Source: a virus
Lineage: Duplodnaviria > Caudoviricetes
Virus record (IMG/VR): IMGVR_UViG_3300038345_000144
Strand: one strand, 5' to 3'
DNA: 64,000 bases
The translations under genes were made by a program, and so were the position numbers. The notes under the pieces are model-generated. The model had not been told where the DNA came from. It worked only from the letters and a program-made list of their open reading frames with translations, and did no database searches. Below, piece by piece: positions 1-8,043 of this stretch; within the stretch, counting starts at the first letter, position 1, and each line of letters opens with the position of its first letter.

Positions 1-650
1 TTACCTGTTTCATTAAGGTTAGTGAACGGGTCATACTTGAAAGTACAAGCCCTTGCTGAAAATTCGTAGTAAGGCAACCCTGCTTGATTTGCATAGGACT
101 TCAAATCGTCAAGAATATCATCCTCACCTTTATAGTCTACGAATACAACAGGTCTTTTCTCGTCAATTCTCTGCTTAATAACGGCTTTCATTGTGGTTGA
201 CTTACCTGAACCAGTAGAACCAGTAATCAGGGTTGCACCACTCAAAATGACATCATCAAGGTCAAGACAACGCATATTGTACTTTAACTCGTTATGATTG
301 ACGGGTAAAATCCTACCCATACAGATATTTTTAGGCTTAATTAAGAACTTATTGACAGGAGCGAGAAGACTGAATATTCTATCGGAATAGTCCAAATCAG
401 CCCCCTCGCCTTGATGAATTTTTACCTTAATAAAGCATAGGAAAGCAAATAAAGCGACACAAGCCACTCCAATGATAATTTTGTACTTGGTTTCAGGGGC
501 AAATTTAGAAACTGCCCAAAAAGCACCTAAACTTATCACCACTTGGTCCAAGAAAACTACGGGCATAGTTTTCTTCTTAATCAAAATCAAGTTCTCAAAA
601 GCAACCAAGATAGGTAAGATTAGGCATATTAAGAAAATCTTACCTGCCAT
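1..650 (-). CDS. Type IV coupling protein (VirD4/TraG/TraD-like ATPase), N-terminal part; runs off the window
   Basis: Not in ORF track. Manual translation from ATG at 650: MAGKIFLICL..., N-terminal TM helices, Walker A LITGSTGSGKS (~198-230), then VFVDYKG and YDPF motifs typical of T4CPs. Confidence 0.8.
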   Translation of the reverse strand, partial: MAGKIFLICLILPILVAFENLILIKKKTMPVVFLDQVVISLGAFWAVSKFAPETKYKIIIGVACVALFAFLCFIKVKIHQGEGADLDYSDRIFSLLAPVNKFLIKPKNICMGRILPVNHNELKYNMRCLDLDDVILSGATLITGSTGSGKSTTMKAVIKQRIDEKRPVVFVDYKGEDDILDDLKSYANQAGLPYYEFSARACTFKYDPFTNLNETG

Positions 651-657
651 AGTCTAT

Positions 658-1071
658 TTAGTCCTTTCCTGCGTCATCCTCTGTCGCTGTGTCTGTGTTT
701 GTATCGGCAACTGTTGTAGAGGCAGTATCACCACCGCCATTATCGGAGGAGGTATCACCATCGGAGCCACCGCTACCAGGCTTGTAATAAATACCGTCAT
801 CATTAACAACAATATCATCAGGGTTGAACCAAGAGTCCACGGTATCACCAATTCGTCTGCCGAATTCCATAAACCATTCAACAGCCTTTCTCTGATTGAT
901 ACCACCCATAAGTACAAACAAGAGGACACCAACGGCTAAAAGAATTCCAATGGCTTTCCACAAGTCGTTATAGGTCTCCCTACCTTGAGCCATTTCATTT
1001 CTGTGCTTGACCGACTGCCACGCTTTAGGTAACTTTATCTCGGTCTTTTCCTTTTTCTTCTTCTCTGCCAT
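658..1071 (-). CDS. Single-pass membrane protein with acidic Gly/Thr-rich tail
   Basis: 137-aa ORF, RBS AGGAG, one TM segment. Confidence 0.7.
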   Translation of the reverse strand: MAEKKKKEKTEIKLPKAWQSVKHRNEMAQGRETYNDLWKAIGILLAVGVLLFVLMGGINQRKAVEWFMEFGRRIGDTVDSWFNPDDIVVNDDGIYYKPGSGGSDGDTSSDNGGGDTASTTVADTNTDTATEDDAGKD

Positions 1072-1086
1072 TACCTTTCTCCTTTC

Positions 1087-1527
1087 TTAACAAACTTCCG
1101 TTATTATCTGGTCTGTGGTAAATGTACCAAAGTATCTGGAGTCTTTAGAGTCCTGTCTGTTATCTCCCATAACGAAGTATTCATTCGGACCTAAAGTTAC
1201 TTCAAAATCTTCGGTAGTAGTGTTATAAGGGTCAATAACCTCTTCCCCATTGATATATAAGACATTATTCTCATACTTAATGGTCTCATTAGGCATACCA
1301 ATCACCCTTTTTACGATGATTTCACCCTTACTAATCGTTACCACATCAAATCGTTCAATCGTGTAATTTCGGGCGGTCAATAAGAACTGCCCGTCGTGAT
1401 ATGTCGGGTACATTGAGTCCCCAATCACGAACGCAATTGAGAAAAATAGGTTGAATATAAACATAGCCACAAATAATGCACCTACTATACAACCTATAAT
1501 CAATTTCTTTTTCTTTTGTTTATTCAT
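1087..1527 (-). CDS. lepB: Signal peptidase I (S26, short Gram-positive type)
   Basis: TM anchor, GDSMYPT (Ser), IVKRVIG (Lys), GDNR..SKDSR. Confidence 0.93.
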   Translation of the reverse strand: MNKQKKKKLIIGCIVGALFVAMFIFNLFFSIAFVIGDSMYPTYHDGQFLLTARNYTIERFDVVTISKGEIIVKRVIGMPNETIKYENNVLYINGEEVIDPYNTTTEDFEVTLGPNEYFVMGDNRQDSKDSRYFGTFTTDQIITEVC

Positions 1528-1538
1528 ATAAGTTCCCT

Positions 1539-2621
1539 TTATGTAGGCTTGGTCGCCTGTGTTGTTAATTTAATCATTGTTTTCTGTGTCTGTTCATCCT
1601 GAATATTGTAGTTACTCAACCTCTGGGCTGGGGCTACATAAGGCACGATAAACAAACGACAACTGCCTAATCCACCAATGTTCTTATAGGCAGATGTTAC
1701 CAAATCGGCAATACGGCTGTTACCACAAAGATAGAATAACTTACCAAAGACAATGTTATTCTTATAATTTCGCATTATCTGGTCGTACTTCTCTGGGTTT
1801 TTAGCCGTCAACTCCAATTCAATAGAGCAACTCTGGGCTTGTCCGTTAACCCTCGGAATAGGGATAACAACATCGGGTTTCTGCGTACTCATCTTGTTGT
1901 CCTCTGTATAGCCAACCAGCGTAAAGTACGGGAAGTTGCCCTTCTCGTCAGCCTGAAACTCTATTGTATATGGGTTATTAGGATTTTCCCTTACGGACCT
2001 GATTAACAAGTCCTGTTTTTCTTCCAGTTCCTTCTGCTTGAAGTGATTTACCTTAAAATGTTCCTCACGAATGACAATAGTACCCTTATCTTCGGGTACT
2101 TGCAATTTGAGAGGGTGATAGCAAGGCAACAGTTTGCTCTGACTGATGTTGTACCATAGTTCTGACTTGGGGTTTCCCATCATAACATCAAAGACAATCT
2201 GCTCTTCCGCACAAGTATGGTTTAACAGACCAAAAGGAATATCTACATAATCCTTGTTATCTACGGTCATAAGGTCAAGCAAAAACTTTGTAGGACGGAT
2301 AAACACGCCCATTGAGGACGCTTCAGCCCAACAAATACCTGTCTTTATCCAATTCTGAACCACATCATATCCATTTCGTCCAAAATCTTCATACCACTGT
2401 TGAATAAGCCAAATAGGAGCAAACTTGAAGTCGGAGATAATATAAAGCACTACCTCGTCAATCTTATATAAGTCTGCCTTATCGTCAATGGTTTTTATCT
2501 CTAAATGGTCGGTGAATTTGTTGATGTGAGGGGTTATTCTTGGATAACGATAGAAGGTGTTTTTGACTTCTTCACTGTTTTGAATAGCAAGAATATCTAA
2601 ATCACTCATTCCATTCACCAT
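1539..2621 (-). CDS. Replication-relaxation (Replic_Relax-like) PD-(D/E)xK nuclease, candidate relaxase
   Basis: LNHT...KPDVVI...IELELTAK...Y..I..NY...LFYLC pattern; near T4CP gene. Confidence 0.65.
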   Translation of the reverse strand: MVNGMSDLDILAIQNSEEVKNTFYRYPRITPHINKFTDHLEIKTIDDKADLYKIDEVVLYIISDFKFAPIWLIQQWYEDFGRNGYDVVQNWIKTGICWAEASSMGVFIRPTKFLLDLMTVDNKDYVDIPFGLLNHTCAEEQIVFDVMMGNPKSELWYNISQSKLLPCYHPLKLQVPEDKGTIVIREEHFKVNHFKQKELEEKQDLLIRSVRENPNNPYTIEFQADEKGNFPYFTLVGYTEDNKMSTQKPDVVIPIPRVNGQAQSCSIELELTAKNPEKYDQIMRNYKNNIVFGKLFYLCGNSRIADLVTSAYKNIGGLGSCRLFIVPYVAPAQRLSNYNIQDEQTQKTMIKLTTQATKPT

Positions 2622-2630
2622 TCCCTTCGA

Positions 2631-3263
2631 TTATCTTCTTTTCTTCTTATTAGCAGGACGCTTTTTGTTACCAGACCTTCTTATAGGCGTAACCTTTGTA
2701 TTAGTCTCTTGTGCCTTTGGAGTTACCTTAACCTTTTCCAACTTGTAGGTCTCTCCGTTGATTGTCCACAAGGTACTTAACGCAAATACCACATAAGGCA
2801 ATACTGGGCAAATCGTCCAACCAACAATCCACCACGGATTTTTCTTTTCATACTTAATAAGTTGCCACATCATTATATCCCAGAGAATAATAGCCATCAA
2901 AACTACTGCAAGGAACATATAGTTCATTATCATCATCTTGGTCGCCAAATCAGCAGGGACATAGACTACCTCCGACATTGTATAGGAGCCGTCGGCAAGC
3001 ATCTTGAATTGTGGGTCATACTGTTGTGCTATGCTCAACGATAAAGAATAGTAAAACAGCATAAAAATATAGGTAAATGGTAAGAAGAAAGCATTTAAGC
3101 CTCCGTACAACTTATGCCCTGTCATCTTACCGAGAATATACTTGTTATAAATCGGAACAAATGAATACCACCATTTAATTCCACTTCTATGAAACAGCAC
3201 CGCACGGGCTATTACACAAATACATAAGAACACCAGCAGTGTTCCACCGTTAAGAATATCCAT
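2631..3263 (-). CDS. Polytopic membrane protein (DUF5684-like)
   Basis: LF..SGIKWWYSFVPIYNKY motif, 4 TM segments, basic tail. Confidence 0.6.
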   Translation of the reverse strand: MDILNGGTLLVFLCICVIARAVLFHRSGIKWWYSFVPIYNKYILGKMTGHKLYGGLNAFFLPFTYIFMLFYYSLSLSIAQQYDPQFKMLADGSYTMSEVVYVPADLATKMMIMNYMFLAVVLMAIILWDIMMWQLIKYEKKNPWWIVGWTICPVLPYVVFALSTLWTINGETYKLEKVKVTPKAQETNTKVTPIRRSGNKKRPANKKKRR

Positions 3264-3290
3264 TTAATTAAATTCCTTTCTATATGTCGG

Positions 3291-3734
3291 TTACTCCTTG
3301 AGGATTTTGATAGCCTTCTTGTATCTATCATCAATGAGTTTTATCATCTTTTCCTGCTCTTCCTGTGGAAGCGTGAGTAATCTGGACTTGTCGCTATTAT
3401 GCTTCAAGTCTGCTAATTTAACAATCTTTGCCAAGTCATTTGCCTTGACACGCTTGATATAATCAAAATACTGCTCGTCCTTTTTACGAGTCATAGCAAC
3501 AACCGCCTCGACCTGCGTAGGAGTAAACCCTAACTTTCGGAGGTCCGATGCGTTAAAATCAGTATCTTCAATTACATCGTGAAGTAGAGCCACAACGGTT
3601 AAGTCCTCGTCGGGCATACCTTCTGCTATATGGAGAGGGTGCAGGATGTATGGAGCACCCGCCTTGTCTTTCCGACCAAAGTGGGCTGAAAACGCCACAT
3701 CCATCGCTTTAATTGTCATTTTAGTATAAATCAT
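3291..3734 (-). CDS. Stand-alone RelA/SpoT-type HD hydrolase (small alarmone hydrolase/Mesh1-like)
   Basis: AH.G..DKAG.PYILHP, ALLHDVIEDT, VKLADLKHN. Confidence 0.85.
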   Translation of the reverse strand: MIYTKMTIKAMDVAFSAHFGRKDKAGAPYILHPLHIAEGMPDEDLTVVALLHDVIEDTDFNASDLRKLGFTPTQVEAVVAMTRKKDEQYFDYIKRVKANDLAKIVKLADLKHNSDKSRLLTLPQEEQEKMIKLIDDRYKKAIKILKE

Positions 3735-3759
3735 TAAAGTAAATTCCTTTCCAAAGGTT

Positions 3760-3788
3760 ATTATATTAAAAATAATGGGATTTGTGAA
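3760..3788 (-). promoter_or_regulatory. sigmaA-type promoter for HD hydrolase
   Basis: TTCACA-N17-TATAAT. Confidence 0.55.
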
Positions 3789-3857
3789 GATGTTAGTTGA
3801 GAAAAACTTTCAATCAACCAAATCCCAGAAGGCTCATCATTTTCTTTATTTCTTCTC

Positions 3858-3876
3858 TATATAATTAAATAGTCTC
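3858..3876 (-). promoter_or_regulatory. Element-specific motif copy 1
   Basis: GAGACTATTTAATTATATA right after stop of GIY-YIG gene. Confidence 0.6.
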
Positions 3877-4527
3877 TCATTTTTGGGTTGGGCGAGCCGA
3901 AATATGGTTAAATTTAGGCTTATAAGAGTCAATCATCGCTTGTTCTGCATATGTCAATAACTCTTTATATTCCCTTTCGTTCTTTAACTTGGGGACAGCC
4001 ATAAGTTTCTTGAATTTTAAGTCCGATAGTTTATAGGCATTGGCAAGTTGATAATATTTATATTCAACCTTGTGCTTTATTTTGTCAAGGTTTACCCTCT
4101 TCTTACGAATTCTGATACCCTGAAGTTGCTTTTGAGCCTTAATAAAGTTGTCCTTGTGCTGTTGGACACGGGTTGAAATATCTACGCTCTGACCTACATA
4201 AAGGCAGGTATTACCGTAGAATATGCCATAAATCCCTGAACTATGGGAAATTCGCTGTATGTATTTTCTTTGATATGCACGGGTTTTATGAGTGAGCCTA
4301 TTAAGATAAGGATAGAGGTAATGCTCCTTGTCGATAACATTACCCCTTCTATCCTTCTTATCTTTAATAACATACAAAGGCTGTTTTAACTCGGCACATT
4401 TCTGGCACTGCCTACCAATAAACCAGGTATTGCCGTGTATTTTACATTTACCCTTGTATTTAGTGTTGCGGTGTTTGTAGCAAACTACGAATTTGCCACT
4501 ATCCTTACCGCAGACCCTACATCTCAT
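3877..4527 (-). CDS. GIY-YIG endonuclease with N-terminal Cys/His zinc-finger region
   Basis: SGIYGI...LYVGQS..I..R..QH...E...FN; CxxC and CxxH clusters. Confidence 0.85.
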   Translation of the reverse strand: MRCRVCGKDSGKFVVCYKHRNTKYKGKCKIHGNTWFIGRQCQKCAELKQPLYVIKDKKDRRGNVIDKEHYLYPYLNRLTHKTRAYQRKYIQRISHSSGIYGIFYGNTCLYVGQSVDISTRVQQHKDNFIKAQKQLQGIRIRKKRVNLDKIKHKVEYKYYQLANAYKLSDLKFKKLMAVPKLKNEREYKELLTYAEQAMIDSYKPKFNHISARPTQK

Positions 4528-4718
4528 TCTTTGTCCATCTTTACAGCACTATTATAGACTTGTGGCAAATACTCATACATCATACCGTACTTATTTGCCA
4601 CCTGAATTCCAGTAAGGGATTTAATCTTATCTGAAAAATCGAGTAACAAATCAATATCATTAGAAATACATTTGAAGTTCTCGTCAAAGAGAACCTTTCT
4701 TTGCTCCTGTAATGTCAT
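4524..4718 (-). CDS. Hypothetical protein
   Basis: 64 aa, GGAGG RBS, ATGA overlap with GIY-YIG gene. Confidence 0.6.
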   Translation of the reverse strand: MTLQEQRKVLFDENFKCISNDIDLLLDFSDKIKSLTGIQVANKYGMMYEYLPQVYNSAVKMDKE

Positions 4719-4733
4719 TAAGTTACCTCCTGT

Positions 4734-5915
4734 TTATTCATCTGTAACAGTGACCGTTGCGGTCTTCGTTACACCATCATCCGACTCAAAGTAAACCTTA
4801 TAACTGCCTGCGACAGTTGTGTTTACATTAGAGCAGTCTAACCAAATTTGACCTGAACCAGAAACACCTTTCATAAGTTGTTTCATAATAGTACCCTGTG
4901 ATGTACCAACTGGTACGGAGATATTATGAACACCATTGATATATGCCTTTGGCTTCGGTTTTGGTGTAGGCGTATTAGTAGGCTTTGGTGTAGGTGTGTT
5001 AGTGTCCTTCGGCTTTGGAGTAGGCGTGTTAGTAGAGCCACCACCATTATCCTTCGGAGCCGATGTAGGCTTCGGTGTGGATGTTGCCGTATTCTTTGGC
5101 TTTGGTTTAGGTGTGGCAGTTGCCTTTGGCTTGGAAGGTGCCGTAGTAGGTTTAGGTGCGGAAGTATTCTTTGGAGCCTCGGTTGGCTTGTTCTTCGCCG
5201 CTTCCTCTTCTTGTCTCTTTCTCTCTGCCTCTTCTGCCTGTCTTCTCTGTTCTTCAGAAGCCATAACACCAACATTGAGAACTTTAACAGAAGAATTACC
5301 TACCTCATCGGTAGCCTTATATTCTACTTGTAAAGTGTCTTCAGTCCAATTAAAATTTGTAGGATATTCAACTTTTATATTCTTTTCTTGAGAATAGTTG
5401 TCCTTTATAGCCTTGATAAAGTATTTAGGGTTAAATGAGTTTGTCTCTGAACCCCTAACCAACAAGACTAAATCTTTCTTCAACTCGATTTCTGGGGGTG
5501 TATTATCTACAACCTCAACCACAAGGGTCTTATTATGAGTTCTGGCTCTATTCTTTACAACATACTTGACCTCATAGCGAGATAGTACCTTTGTCATTTT
5601 GTCAATAACCTTTCCTTCGGTAGAAGTATCTACGAGGTCAGCACCTATGACTTCATAAGGCACATTCTCTGTATTGATGACATACTGTTTTGCATCAAAA
5701 GTAGAACCAATGTCTAATTGCACTGTATCATTCACCAAAATGATATTAGGGTCGGCAATATAGTCATATATATATCCCCTGTAATAAAAGGCAACTCCTC
5801 CAGTTACCGCTAATATACTCAAAAGAGTTATCAGTAACACTTTAGCCGTCTGACTTATGTGTTTTTCACCGATTGTAATATCGGCATCGTGGGCATAATG
5901 CCATTCCATTATCAT
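4734..5915 (-). CDS. Membrane-anchored surface protein with bacterial Ig-like (DUF5011-like) repeats and Pro/Thr/Lys linker
   Basis: TM, VVDNTPPEI..., Y.ATDEVGN, PTPKP repeats, C-terminal Ig-like domain. Confidence 0.75.
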   Translation of the reverse strand: MIMEWHYAHDADITIGEKHISQTAKVLLITLLSILAVTGGVAFYYRGYIYDYIADPNIILVNDTVQLDIGSTFDAKQYVINTENVPYEVIGADLVDTSTEGKVIDKMTKVLSRYEVKYVVKNRARTHNKTLVVEVVDNTPPEIELKKDLVLLVRGSETNSFNPKYFIKAIKDNYSQEKNIKVEYPTNFNWTEDTLQVEYKATDEVGNSSVKVLNVGVMASEEQRRQAEEAERKRQEEEAAKNKPTEAPKNTSAPKPTTAPSKPKATATPKPKPKNTATSTPKPTSAPKDNGGGSTNTPTPKPKDTNTPTPKPTNTPTPKPKPKAYINGVHNISVPVGTSQGTIMKQLMKGVSGSGQIWLDCSNVNTTVAGSYKVYFESDDGVTKTATVTVTDE

Positions 5916-5933
5916 ATTAAGTAAGTTCCCCCG

Positions 5934-7157
5934 TTAATCAGTGAAGTAAACGTGGCTTGTACCGACTTGCACTCCCGCCGAGTCAACCCAACAAATGGTC
6001 CAAGTACCACCTGGCACGGCTTGTTCATTTGGGAACTGCGGGCTACAATAACCAGTACCCGTATAGGAAACTACGGAATAGGCAACGGCTGTATATACTC
6101 CATCTAATCCATCTGACAATGACCAAGTAATATCACTTGCTTTGAAAGTTACTGTATCAGGAGAAGGATTTTCAGGTGTATAGTCATCATCACCGCCTGA
6201 CGAACCACCACCGCCACCACCAGAAGTAGGGGCTGGAGCCTCTGTTTCAGGGGGAGGTGCTTCCGTAGGTTCAGGTGTAGGAGTAGGTGTGGGGCTTGGT
6301 GTAGGAGTAGGTGTTGCTCTACCCTCTGCAACGGCTCTTTCTGCCTGCTCTTGCTCGAACTGGTCTCTTAATTCCTCATTCTCGAAAATATAAACTGTAA
6401 GTGTAGCAGTTGCTACATTTCCAGCCTCATCGGTTGCCGTATAAATTACTTCCAGAGTTCCAATTCCTGTTTGTGGGTTAAGTGGAGTATTCCAGTTACC
6501 CTCTGCAAAAGAACTCTCGATATTTTCTGTGAGCGTGTAATTATCCGTAATGCTCTCTACATAATCTAAAGCCTTGAAGTATTCACCTGTCTGAACACCC
6601 TGTACCAAAAAGGCACTTTCAGATGTGAGTGCAATAACAGGTGCAGTAGTATCAACAATGTTGACTACCAAGACCTTATCTGTTGTTTGAGCCTCATTTT
6701 GAGATAGATAATGTACCTCGTAAGATTTAATTATTTTTGTGTTTCTATCAATAGTTACTGGCGTGTACCAATCATACTTTGGAGCCACATAAGTCATCCA
6801 CCAATCCTCTGTACGAGCATAGGGGTTAACCGCACTACCACCTCTGATTTCGCATACAAATACCTTATTTTGAATATCTGCCATACTATCAGGGATAATG
6901 TAGTTCTTTGCGTCAAATTCTGTACCATATTCCAGATTTACATTGTCACTAACCAACATAACTGATGGGTTAGCAATAAGGTCAAAGAAATATGACCAGT
7001 TAAGTAAAATCAGTGTTAATGCCGAAACTAAAGTAACCACAACGCAAATTAAAGTTATCTTTGCGACATTACTTTGGTGTTGCTCATATAATACTAAATC
7101 CGCTTCACCAGAGTAATTCCACGATTGAATATTAGACACCTTTTTGTCTTTATTCAT
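5934..7157 (-). CDS. Paralogous membrane-anchored Ig-like surface protein
   Basis: TM, IVDTTAPVI, YTATDEAGN, PTPT linker; aligns with 4734-5915. Confidence 0.75.
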   Translation of the reverse strand: MNKDKKVSNIQSWNYSGEADLVLYEQHQSNVAKITLICVVVTLVSALTLILLNWSYFFDLIANPSVMLVSDNVNLEYGTEFDAKNYIIPDSMADIQNKVFVCEIRGGSAVNPYARTEDWWMTYVAPKYDWYTPVTIDRNTKIIKSYEVHYLSQNEAQTTDKVLVVNIVDTTAPVIALTSESAFLVQGVQTGEYFKALDYVESITDNYTLTENIESSFAEGNWNTPLNPQTGIGTLEVIYTATDEAGNVATATLTVYIFENEELRDQFEQEQAERAVAEGRATPTPTPSPTPTPTPEPTEAPPPETEAPAPTSGGGGGGSSGGDDDYTPENPSPDTVTFKASDITWSLSDGLDGVYTAVAYSVVSYTGTGYCSPQFPNEQAVPGGTWTICWVDSAGVQVGTSHVYFTD

Positions 7158-8011
7158 ACGAAGTTACCTCCTCCGACAAATATTAAAGCGATTAAAACTA
7201 TATCAACTACTAAAATTGCTACATCAAGTAGCGTATTTGTTAAAGAGCCTGTTTTGATTGTAACAGGCGATAATTGTACCCTAAACCACATCTGTCCTTT
7301 GATTGGGAAAGGAAACAACAACGGACAACCGCTATCTGCGAAACAATCCTCTATCAAATGGTAGATATAGCCAAGTCCCAAGAGAATACCCAAGATATGA
7401 AGATGGGTATAATCAAGGAAAAACATATAGACAGTGGCAATAACAGGTAAAATATAACTCAACAGTTTAGGCAGTTTGAAGAACTTAATGATTTTTGAGA
7501 AAACCATATCAGAGCCTACCAAGACTGCCATAAACAGCATAAACATAAAGAATAGCATTACGGAGTTATTTTCCAAGAAACCCATAAAGGTCTGCTCTTT
7601 AATTGCTCCTATAATCGTTGAGTCATTGTCGGGTATTCCAAAGAAAAACATACAGAATATGCCGACACCTGATATTAAAGTATGCCAAAAATATCTATGT
7701 GGAAAATATGGGGACTGGCTATCCCTTCTCATATGACATAGTTGATATACTATCGTTGCCGTTGATTGCATAAAGATGGTGCAAATGCTACCCATAAACC
7801 CTAAAGTAGAGCCTGCACAACTTTGAGCATTGTCCAAATCAGGTAACAATGCACCACCTATCAATACAACCAAGCCTACTATAAAGAATAAAATATCCTT
7901 TTTAAGTAGTCCAAACATTTGTTGAAGGAACTCAATGGGTATAAGTAGAACTATGCTTAAAAGCATAACACTTAATAATGCGTGGGTTTTGCCCATAAAT
8001 CCCTTAATCAT
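7154..8011 (-). CDS. YdjM-family membrane metal-dependent hydrolase
   Basis: GKTH, LPDLD, HRYFWH, HLIED, GCPLLFP motifs. Confidence 0.8.
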   Translation of the reverse strand: MIKGFMGKTHALLSVMLLSIVLLIPIEFLQQMFGLLKKDILFFIVGLVVLIGGALLPDLDNAQSCAGSTLGFMGSICTIFMQSTATIVYQLCHMRRDSQSPYFPHRYFWHTLISGVGIFCMFFFGIPDNDSTIIGAIKEQTFMGFLENNSVMLFFMFMLFMAVLVGSDMVFSKIIKFFKLPKLLSYILPVIATVYMFFLDYTHLHILGILLGLGYIYHLIEDCFADSGCPLLFPFPIKGQMWFRVQLSPVTIKTGSLTNTLLDVAILVVDIVLIALIFVGGGNFV

Positions 8012-8043
8012 TTACTTAAGTTCCTTTCATCACTTATTTTTTG

